This document shows positions 50,212 through 60,730 of a stretch of DNA of 64,000 nt, piece after piece. How positions within the stretch are numbered: the stretch's first letter is position 1; each line of letters starts with the position of its first letter. The stretch lies in the NCBI GenBank assembly GCA_038087875.1, contig CM075990.1:5706001-5770000 (forward strand), written 5' to 3'. The notes under the pieces were generated by a model. It was given only the letters and a program-made list of their open reading frames with translations. It searched no databases and was not told the DNA's origin. A program made the translations under genes and the position numbers. The stretch comes from Malacoraja senta. Taxonomy: Eukaryota.

Positions 50212-51252
50212 TAGGTATGTTACAAAACTTACCTTCAGTCGCGCTGTAATTCTGCCACTGGCCGTGTGCGTGATTTTGGCGCCTTTAAGGGGGGGGCGGG
50301 GTTAAAACGCGGGTTTCTCCTCCCTTGTCCTGGTTAATATTTTGTTGGAGTACAAGGCTTGGCTGACAAATCGTTCCTACCGGCGTTTTGTGAATTTTAT
50401 TTTTTTATTACATCGTCAATGTCAGCGCTAGAGTAATTTTAAAAGCAGCTCCTGAAGCGTCAACGCCGATAACGGGGACGGATTTCACACACGGGACAGG
50501 TAAACGAAAGTGGTTTCTTTAAATGTATAAAAGTGTTCTTAAGAAGCCTTTAATTCACATTTTTTCATGCGACACGGTGATTTTATTCCCCGAATTAACG
50601 GCAGTATTTTTCATGCCAATACGGGGTTAAATTCACCGCAAATGAACGTTCCAAAAGATCGCGTTCCAGAAATCCTCACTCGCAAGATGAATTAAATCCC
50701 CATTAATTTACAGGTATTAAACATTCAATTCCTTCCATTTGGCCTGTAAATTCATGAAAATTAGATTTAAAAATTATGTTATATTGTGAATTATTGTGTG
50801 AATGTTATTTGGACACTTAGGCTATTTAAAAATGTTAATCTATTCTTAAGAAATTGATAGATGTTTACATCTAGTAATTGAATTTTGTAATTAGCTACAA
50901 TTAGGTAACTAACTAATTATATGCTTTACTTTCATGTCTTCGAAGTAAGATTGTTTCATATTTGTTTCAGAATGCTTCAATCTATAATAACTGAAAATTT
51001 CTTTCAGTTATCATAATTTTTAAGAAAGTTATGGGCTTTTAACTGTCCTCGATCACAGCTTTTGTGTTAAGTCAATGGAAAAGCAACAGGGAACTAGATG
51101 CTAATTTCTGAGTATGATAATGGCCATAACATTTTTAATACTGAAGATATGAAAGTGAATTAAGTGTCAAATTAAACTTCTTTTTATGCTTTATCTGATG
51201 GGATAAATTGCAGACTTTATTTTTAAAATCTCAAAATTTTGTAACATTGCTA
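50212..51252. mobile_element. ~1.04-kb non-autonomous DNA transposon (MITE, hAT-like), copy 1
   Basis: Imperfect TIR TAGGTATGTTACAA / TTGTAACATTGCTA; flanking direct repeat CTATACA(T); full-length inverted homologue at 58203-59245. Confidence 0.85.
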
Positions 51253-51419
51253 CTATACATGCATATATATACACACACACATGCATATATACACACACAC
51301 ACGTGTCTATTATACATACAAATATACATATACATAAACACACGTATACATATACACATTATTATTTATATTATTCAGTGCATTTTGGATTTTAAAAGTC
51401 CCAAAGAAATATGAAACGA

Positions 51420-51725
51420 AGCCGCGGTTGTACTTACCTCCCATTTGTGACAGCGCGTTGCGCGCTAGATATTCAAATGCTAACGGGCGCCGCCATGGGG
51501 GGGGGAGGCGTGGTCTGCGGCGGGGGGCGGGGCGCGGGGCGCGGGGCGAGGTTGTGCGGCTGCGCCACGGAGTGCGGCGAGGTTGTGCGGCTGCGCCACG
51601 GAGTGCGGCCATCCCCCAGCGCGAGCGAGGCGTCGAGACCGCGCATGTGCCAAGCGGCCCGAAGGGGAAGGGTTGGAACTGGCGCCACGTTTGCCGGTTC
51701 AGTCAGAGCTCGAAACAGAGCGAGC
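51420..51725. promoter_or_regulatory. Small CpG island with GC boxes and a 31-bp tandem duplication, ~1.5 kb upstream of the ADAMTS14 ATG
   Basis: High CpG density, GGGGCGGGGC motif, and the unit GGCGAGGTTGTGCGGCTGCGCCACGGAGTGC twice at 51545-51606. The promoter role is inference only. Confidence 0.4.
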
Positions 51726-53208
51726 TTCAGTATAAAATGTGTAGGAAGGGACTACAGATGTTGGGTTTGAACCGAAGGTAGACACAAAAAAGCTGGAGTA
51801 ACAGCGGGTCGGGCAGCATCTCTGGAGAAAAGGAATATGCGACGTTTCTGGTCGAGACTGAGAGCCAGGGGAGAGGGAAACGAGAGATAAAGACGATAGA
51901 GAGAGATATGGTACAAATGAATGACGGATATGCACAAAAAAAAGTGACGATCATGGAAACTTCATTGCTGAGTGTGGGCTGCAGCTTTCTGTGTCTATCA
52001 CACACACAATTGTGAAAACGGAAGCGTTCTGGATAGAGGTGGCAAATGAGGCAAAGTAGGAAGCAGGATCATGGAAATGAGGCAACTTTTTGGACTGGGC
52101 TCTCTGGAAAAATAGAAAGTTGCTTTCCACCACAGGAATGTGTGGAACTGTTAACCATCAGATACAAATGCGGTCGTTATTGGATGTTCGGGCATAAGAG
52201 TTATTGTAGAGATTATTATTGGTTGTGCGCAGTCTTGGCTGGGTTACGACGCATTTAACCCGGGCATACATTCATCACTTTTCACCAAAAGAAGCTGCTA
52301 GTGATATACTTTAATACGAAGTTAGACAGTTCAATAACATTTAGTTACTCCAGCTTTTTGCGTCTATCATCACATGAATATGTGTCCCAACAATTGGTAC
52401 AATTAACGAATGCAGTAATTCATTAGTTACTGAATAATTCGTTGATTACTGCGTTCATTAATTATACAAGTTATAGGATGCGTTTTCGTAGCGGGTATTG
52501 AAGTGCATAACTTGCATTAAACATTTGGTGCAATTAACAAATGCGGTAATTCAAGTCTGAAGAAGGGTCCCGACCCGAAACATCGCCCATTCCTTCTCCC
52601 CAGCGATGCTGCCTGTCCCGCTGAGTTACTCCAGCATTTTGAGTCTACGCGGTAATTCATTCATTGCTGCATTCGGCAATTGTACCAGCTAATTGCTGAA
52701 TGACTGCATTCAGTAATTGGACCAGTTGTACAATCGAGGGTGGGAAAAGTGAGCAAACAATGAAAAGGGGGCCGGGAAAAACACAAATAAATGTAGAATT
52801 TATTGCTTTTTGTAGAGGAAGGAAGAAGATAGTTGGACTAGTTAAACTCAGGTGAGTTGCTGTGGGTCTGATGGTTCTCATTCATATTCTCCAGTATAAT
52901 CTGTGTACTTGACGCGTGATCTGTCAATCAACCAAGCGTCACTGCATTTCCAGGAGCCGATGGTTCAACAACTCCTGCCTCCAAGGGCTGTGATAAAAGG
53001 GATCGCTGCCCCCAAACTAAAGAACAGTTCATCGAAGGCCAAAAATAGTGGACCGTCTGTATGCCGTCTGTCAGTCGGAACAGAGGGTGGGAGAAAACGA
53101 GCGAACAATACCTTTTGCATTGCAATTCCACCGCACATGAAGTAGAATCAGGGTTTGCGTGGAGCTTTTTTATTCCAGATGTGTTGGCTTCCAAGCTAGA
53201 AAGACGCT

Positions 53209-53284
53209 ATGGGATATATTTATTTATTGATTTCTTTCATTCCGATCATATTAAAAAACAAACTTCATGCATCCCGAACCGAAG
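53209..53284 (+). CDS. ADAMTS14: ADAMTS14 first coding exon (signal peptide-like)
   Basis: ATG gives MGYIYLLISFIPIILKNKLHASRTE; donor GAAG|gtaaat is phase 1, matching the phase-1 acceptor at 53521. Confidence 0.75.
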
Positions 53285-53521
53285 GTAAATATTAACAAAA
53301 ATATCCCTTTTTGTGAACAACGTGTATTAGGTTTAAACATGTAAACCAAAACACTGCCAGTAAATAATGTTTTATCCAGAAGGCAGTGGCAATCCTCTCT
53401 CTGACTGTAATTTAATGGCATAAATTCAGAGCAACTGCATGGAAATGCTATTTTGCAGCAAAAAGATACGCAGAAACTCGATACAGGTTCGGAAGTAACA
53501 ACTGTGTTTTTTCCCCCACAG

Positions 53522-53889
53522 ATGCGCTTTTCGAGAGGTTTACGGATTATGGGCTGATAGTACCGTTTAGTACCGATGACCGGGGTCAGTACATTTCGCA
53601 CATTGTATCGACGGTATACGGCCAGCTTCGGTCTGGGCGGCGCGTTGCACGGAGCAGCCCACAGCAGAGCGGAGACCGGGAACTGTACTTTAACGTTACC
53701 ATTTTCGGGAGAGAATTGCATTTACGCTTGAAACACAACAGCAAGCTGGTTGCTCCCGGTGCAACGGTGGAATGGCAGGAGGATTTTGGGACCGTAGTTA
53801 CCGAACCAATCCATGGAGACTGCGTGTTTTCCGGGGATATTACTGATATGCCAGGAGCAACCGTGGCTCTAAGCAATTGCGATGGATTG
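53522..53889 (+). CDS. ADAMTS14: ADAMTS14 prodomain exon (procollagen N-proteinase subfamily)
   Basis: Acceptor ttttttcccccacag|, donor |gtgagt. Peptide (D)ALFERFTDYGLIVPFSTDDRGQYISHIVS..RRVARS..LYFNVTIFGRELHLRLKHNSKLVAPGATVEWQEDF..DCVFSGDITDMPGATVALSNCDGL. DYG..VP.STD.RG and VEWQEDF, plus PALD1 linkage, favour ADAMTS14 over ADAMTS2/3. Confidence 0.9.
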
Positions 53890-55909
53890 GTGAGTGCGGA
53901 AAAATAGCTATACTAACTACTGTAATTAACACAATGTTGGCGAGGGGAGTGTGATGATTATTAATGAGATGACCAATTGAACCCATTTGGGAAGTTCCAG
54001 TAAACATCACAATAACAAAAGCGTTGTACATTGTGTATGCAAACAAAGAATTTCCCTGTGCCTAGCACATGTGACAATAAAGTATTCCTATTCCTATCCC
54101 TGTCCTCCACTATCCTTCCCACCCTTGAATATATCAGCCAATCGCATACAAAAGAAACGTGAAAGTTTTTTAGTTGTTCACTTGGTACATTCGCTTAATT
54201 TTGCAATGATAAAGTAAATTGGCTCACTTTCAATAGATTCTCAAACTGGTATGTTTAAACAATGTTAATTAATTTGTTACTTTGTGTTGTATACTGTGTG
54301 CCGGGCTACAGTAACACAATTCGCCGAATATCAGCATCCTACGGTACTAATACTAGCTAGCGTTCTTCCATGTTAAGGGTTTCAGTTTTTCCGCCCTTCC
54401 CTGTGTTCTGATTGGTGAGATGTTAGGGTGATTTGAGATAGTGACCTTTATCTCCTTTCCGGATTGGCTTCTACTTTATATGCAATTAGACCGAGGAAGA
54501 GCAAGAGGGCATCGTTTTTGTTTTTGGAAAAAAAATCTTCAGGATAATGACTCTTTTTGGAAAATGTTTATTTGTCAACGACGTTTATTCTCAATGTTTT
54601 GGATCCATTATTGCGGTACCGTGGATATTCCATTAACCAAATGCAGTGATATACTAAGTACTGGAGTAACTCAGCGGGTCAGGCAGTATTTCTGGAGGGG
54701 AAAAAAGATAGGTGACGTTTTGGGCCGGGGCCCTTCAGACTGGTTATCTTTGGTATAAATCAGCATTTGTAGTTCTTTGTTTCCACTAAATGCTGTGAAT
54801 TAGTGATTGGGTGGTGCGGTGTTATTCGTCGTTCTCCTCGTCATGTTTTTGTAGTGACTGAGCTGTCGTTAATTTTGTTGCGTCGCGAGTCCTATTGTCA
54901 CCATATAACTGGGGTGACGGCCTTGAAGGTTAGATTTTCAGACCGCCAATTCACTGGAAAACGACAAGGATGAAGCACAAATCCGCGGGGATCTACGTTG
55001 AGCGTTTAGTTTAACAGGATAATCTTGGGAACCTATCAACATTTGGTCTGCGACTGCAACCTTCCATGCCTTATCAGATTAATTCTTACTGCTTAAATGT
55101 TGTCCAAGGCATCTGGCACCGAGTTCGTGATTCCAACTACCCTGTGGATATAAATGTTCTTTAGATCTCCTCTAAACCTCTCTCTCAACCCATGTGCACT
55201 AGTTTTGAAAAACAACTGGTATGGCGAGGCGTCCTACAATGTACTCTGTGTCTGTCTGTCATAATTTTGTATTTAGGATTTAAATCAAAACTACACTTTG
55301 CGTTTTAACCACAGCTTGCAGGAAATCGTAAATTATGGTAATGGCAGGGTTGTGAAGGAAGCAGAAGCCTGGGAAAATGTCTGTTCAGAATAGCATAATC
55401 TGCTGTGTATCTTCAACCAAATGAGTTACCATTTGTAAGGGCAACTGAATACTATGCATGATTACTCCATATTACCTTCTTTGGTATGGAAATACAAGTT
55501 AAATTTGCTTTGTGTAATTACAAATTGAATTCCAGCAAGTTCTGTATATTCCATTTAACTTAATTTTCATGCCTTATTTTTTATATTCTGTCTTTAATTT
55601 TGGAAGAATGTTTCCTAAATCAGATGTCAGCACAGACTTATGAGATGGAAACAATCCCCAAATTAACATCAATATTTGAGTATACCTATGGGCTAGATAA
55701 TTCTGAAGACTTACCAACATTGTGTAAAGAATTTTATTCTCACTTCAATTCACAACAGTCAGTTCTTTATCCTGAGGCTATGCTTCCTTGTTGTAGATTT
55801 TCCATCTACAAGAAACAACCTCTTGACATTTACCATATCAAATCCTTTCAAAACTTTCATATTTCAATGAACTAAAAACTCATCCTTGGTGTATGTAATT
55901 CCATTTTAC

Positions 55910-56115
55910 TTGAAGATAGACACAAAGTGCTGGAATAACTCAGCGGGTCAGGCAACATCTCTGGAGAGAAGTAATGGGTAACATTTCGAGTTGAGACCCT
56001 CCTTCAGTTGACCCAAAACACCCGTTCTCTCCAGAAATGCTGCCTGACCCACTGAGTTGCTCCAGCATTTTGTGTCTACTTTCAATTTAAACCAGCATCT
56101 GCAGTTCTTCCCTAT
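55910..56115. mobile_element. Palindromic Penelope-derived short repeat
   Basis: Two inverted arms of the family motif. Confidence 0.7.
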
Positions 56116-56998
56116 CCATTTTGCTTGAAATTGGTTTGTATGACAATCATAACATTCAGAAAAACAACCTAGCTATTAAAACATATCTAATAGTAAAGGT
56201 AGAGGAATCTTCCACTTTTTTTGCAAAAGGCTAGTGTGCAGCAACACAAATAACTAGGAAAATTAACAGTATAGTTTTATTGCTAGAGGAAATCTATATA
56301 AAAATAAGGAGGTCATTGTTCAGTTCAACAGGGCATTGTTGAGCCCACATCTTTGATTCCATGTATACTATGTTATGGGAGCAGAATTAGACCATTCACT
56401 CCATCAAGTCTGCTCCGCCATTCAATCATGACTGATCTAACTTTCCCTCTCAACCCCATTCTCCTGCCTTCGCCCCATAACCCCTGACGCCCAACATTAT
56501 TGGCCATCTTATTTAAGAGAGGATATTAATGGATTGGAAATGGTTCAAAGAAAATTTGGAATGGATAGGTTGTCATGAGAGCATGCGGATTCAGGCGCTT
56601 CAATTCGCAGTCCACATTGACAATCAAGTGCCCATTTTTACACTAATCCCACCATATATAATTCTCTACATATTCCCATTAACTTCCCTTCTTGCTTTAG
56701 CAAAAAGTGTTTTCGGGCAGATATGCATTTGTTAAAACCTCGGATGACTTGATTGAAAGATGCATGAACCTGATGTGGGGAGGATATTTCCCTGTGGGAG
56801 ATTCTAAAACGCGAGGTCACTATTTAAAAATAAATGTAATCAGTTTATTACGGGGATGAAGCAGTTTTTTTCCCGGAGCTGAATCTTTGGAATTATTTCT
56901 CCTTCGCATGGTGGAAGCAGAGTTAGATAAGAGTTAGATATGAATGGTGAAAGGTTAACTGGAATTGTGGTACAATTGCCTTCTACAGGAACCAAATA

Positions 56999-57859
56999 CA
57001 TAGATACATAGAAAATAGGTGCAGGAGTAGGCCATTCGGCCCTTTGAGCCTGCAATATGATCATGGCTGATCATCCAACTCAGTATCCCGTACCTGCCTT
57101 CTCTCGATACCCCCTGATCCCTTTAGCCACAAGGGCCACATCTAACTCCCTCTTAAATATAGCCAATGAACTGGCCTCAACTACCCTCTGTGGCAGAGAG
57201 TTCCAGAGATTCACCACTCTCTGTGTGAAAACGTTTTTCCTCATCCTTTTCCCCCTTATCCTTAAGCTGTGACCCCTTGTCCTGGACTTCCCCAACATCG
57301 GGAACAATCTTCCTGCATCTAGCCTGTCCAACCCCATAAGAATTTTGTACGTTTCTATAAGATCCCCTCTCAATCTCCTAAATTCTAGCGAGTATAAGCA
57401 AAGTCTATCCAGTCTTTCTTCATTTGAAAGTCCTGACATCCCAGGTATCAGTCTGGTGAACCTTCTTTGCACTCCCTCTATGGCTATAATGTCCTTCCTC
57501 AGATTTGGAGACCAAAACTGTACGCAATACTCCAGGTGTGGTCTCACCAAGACCCTGTACAACTGCAGTAGAACCTCCCTGCTCCTATACACAAATCCTC
57601 TTGCTATGAAAGCCAACATACCATTTGCTTTCTTCACTGCCTGCTGCACCTGCATGCCTACTTTCAATGACTGGTGTACCATGACACCCAGGTCTCGCTG
57701 CATCTCCCCATTTCCTAATCGGCCACCATTTAGATAATAGTCTGCCTTCCCGTTTTTGCCACCAAAGTGGATAACCTCACATTTATCCACATTATACTGC
57801 ATCTGCCAAACATTTGCCCACTCACCCAGCCTATCCAAGTCACCTTGCAGTCTCCTAGC
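56999..57859 (-). mobile_element. CR1 LINE 3' fragment
   Basis: ORF 57080-57895 is nearly identical to the C-terminal part of 4208-5491. Confidence 0.92.
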
Positions 57860-58202
57860 TCTGGCCAGACTGACTTGCTCTGGCCCTTCTTGCAATAAAG
57901 GTCAACATACTCATTGACTTTCTAATTACTTGCCGCATCTCATTTAAACTTTCAGTCTTTTGTATAATAGCGTCTTGGTCACATTAATGTTCATTTCTTG
58001 TGTAGGAAGGAACTGCAGATGCTGGTTTACACTGAAGATAGACACAAAATGCTGGAGTAACTCAGCGGGACAGGCAGCATCTCTGGAGAGAAGGAATGGG
58101 TGACATTTCTGGTCGAGTCCCTTCTTCGGATAGAGTCGGGGTGAGGAAGTCTAGAGATATGGAGGGGTGAGGTGCGAAAATGACAGATCAAAGCAGATAA
58201 TG

Positions 58203-59245
58203 TAGCAATGTTACAACATTTTGAGATTTAAAAAATAAAGTCTGTAATTTATCCCATCAGATAAAGCATAAAAAGAAGTTTAATTTGACACCTAATTCAC
58301 TTTCATATCTTCAGTATTAAAAATGTTATGGCCATTTTCATACTCGGAAATTAGCATCTTGTTCCTTATTGCTTTTCCATTGACTTAACACAAAAGCTGT
58401 GATCGCGGACAGTCAAAAGCCCATAACATTCTTAAAAATTAAGAGAACTGAAAGAAATTTTCATTTATTATAGATTGAAGCATTCTGAAACAAATATGAA
58501 ACAATCTTACTTGGATGACATGAAATTAAAGCATATAATTAGTTAGTTACCTAATTGTAGCTAATTACAAAATTCAATTACTAGATCTAAACATCCATCA
58601 ATTTCTTAAGAATAGATTAACATTTTTTAATAGCCTAAGTGTCCAAATAACATTCACACAAGAATTCACAATATAACATAATTTTTAAATCTCATTATCA
58701 TAGATTTATAGGCCAAATGGAAGAAATTTAATGTTTAATACCTGTAAATTAATGGGCATTTATATCTTCTTGCGTATGGGGATTTCTGGAACGCGATCAT
58801 TTGGAACGTTGATTTGCGGTGAATTTAATCCCGTATCGGCATGAAAATTATTGCCGTTGGTTCGGGGAAAAGAATCACCGTTTCGCATGTAAAAATGTGA
58901 ATTAAAGGCCTCTTAAGGAGAACGTTTATACATTAAAATAAACTGCTTTCGTTTACCTGTCCCGTGTGTGAAATCCGTCCCCGTTGTCGGCGTTGACGGC
59001 TTCAGAAGCTGATTTTAAAATGACTCCAGCGCTGAAATTGTCGGGAGATTTTTAAAACAAAATACTCAAAACGCCCCTCGGAACGATTCTTCCGCAAAAG
59101 CTGGTACTCCAACGAAATATAATACAGGACAAGGTAGGAGAAACCCGCGTTTTAACCCAGCCCTCCCCTCAAACGCGCCAAAATCGTGCACACGGCCAGT
59201 GGCAGAATTGCAGCGCCGCTGAAGGTAAGTATTGTAACATACCTA
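58203..59245. mobile_element. ~1.04-kb MITE, copy 2 (inverted), nested in a Penelope-derived repeat
   Basis: TAGCAATGTTACAA..TTGTAACATACCTA; flanking direct repeat (A)GATAATG; host repeat at ~58000-58202 and 59246-59380. Confidence 0.85.
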
Positions 59246-59434
59246 GATAATGATAAGGAAATGTTGAATCTGAAGAAGGGTCTCAACCCGAAACGTCACC
59301 TATTCTTTCGCTCCATAGATGCTGCCTCACCCGCTGAGTTTCTCCAGCATTTTTATCTATCTTCGATGTTTCTTTCTTAAACAGGAACTGTTAAATGGTT
59401 CATTGTATGCTGAGGGAAAGGTCACGAGGAATAC

Positions 59435-60030
59435 AAATAGAATTAGGCCATTCGGCACATCAAGTCTATTCTGCCAATCAATCGTGGATGATCTATCTCT
59501 CCCTCCCAACCCCATTCTCCTGTCTTCTCCCTCTGACACCCGTAGCAATCATGAATCTATCTATCTCTGCCTTAAAAATATCCACTGACGGCCACCACAG
59601 CCTTTTGTGGCAAAGAATTCCTCGGATTCACCATCCTCTGACTAAAGAAATTTCTGCTCATCTCCTTCCTGAAAGAATTTTCTTTAAATATGAGGCTATG
59701 ACCTCTAGTCCTAGACTATCCAACTAGTGGAAGCATCCTCTCCACATCCACTCTATCCAAGCCTTTCACTATTCTGTCCCCCCTCATTCTTCTAAACTCC
59801 AGCGAGTACAGGCCCAGTGCTGACAAACGCTCATCATAGATTAACCTACTCATTCCTGGGATCATTCTTGTAAACCTCCGATGGACCCTCTCCAGAACCA
59901 GCACATCCTTCCTCAGATATGGTGCCCAAAATTGCTCTCAATATTCTAAATGCGGCCTTACCAGCGCCTTATAGAGCCTCAACATTACATCTCTGTTTTG
60001 GTATACAAGCCCTCTTGAAATAAAGTTTGC
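59435..60030 (-). mobile_element. CR1 LINE 3' fragment (older subfamily)
   Basis: [31 protein letters not shown]. Confidence 0.85.
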
Positions 60031-60039
60031 TTTCTTTAA

Positions 60040-60385
60040 GGTGACAAGAAGGTGTACAATCAGCAAAATTAATTAGAAAGACAGTGAAATTAGGAGAACT
60101 TGGATGGGGGAGGGATGGTGAGAAATGGCAAGCAAGGGTTACTTGAAGTTAGAAAAATCTATATTCATAATGCTGGGTTGAAAGCTGCCCAAGCAAAATA
60201 TAAGGTGCTGTACCTCCACTTTGTGTTGGGCCTTACTCTGACAATGGAGGAGGCCCAGGACAGAAAGGTCAGTATTAGAATGGGAGAGGGAATTAAAGTG
60301 TTTAGCCACCAAGAGATTATATAGGCCTAGTCAGACTAAGTGGATATGCTCAGCAAAACGATCGCTGAGCCTGCGCTTGGTCGTG

Positions 60386-60423
<38 letters not shown>

Positions 60424-60730
60424 TATATATAGATATATATATAGATATATATATAGATATATATATAGATATATATATAGATATATATATAGATATATAT
60501 ATAGATATATATATAGATATATATATAGATATATATATAGATATATATATAGATATATATATAGATATATATATAGATATATATATAGATATATATATAG
60601 ATATATATATAGATATATATATAGATATATATATAGATATATATATAGATATATATATAGATATATATATAGATATATATATAGATATATATATAGGAGT
60701 TCACCCCCGGAGCAGCAGATACAGTAGATT
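60040..60730 (-). mobile_element. Degenerate Penelope GIY-YIG fragment interrupted by a microsatellite
   Basis: Colinear with 19081-19325; minus strand reads [13 protein letters not shown][repeat][15 protein letters not shown]. Confidence 0.75.
60389..60695. repeat. (TA)n then (GATATATATA)n tandem array
   Basis: Perfect 10-bp periodicity seen directly. Confidence 0.97.

Noticed and set aside
52760..52851. ATG-initiated candidate first coding exon of ADAMTS14 (MKRGPGKTQ..)
   Set aside because: Ends in phase 2, incompatible with the phase-1 acceptor at 53521, and lacks a signal peptide; 53209-53284 fits better.
60336..60727. YIYI/IYRY-repeat ORFs
   Set aside because: Translations of a TA-rich microsatellite.
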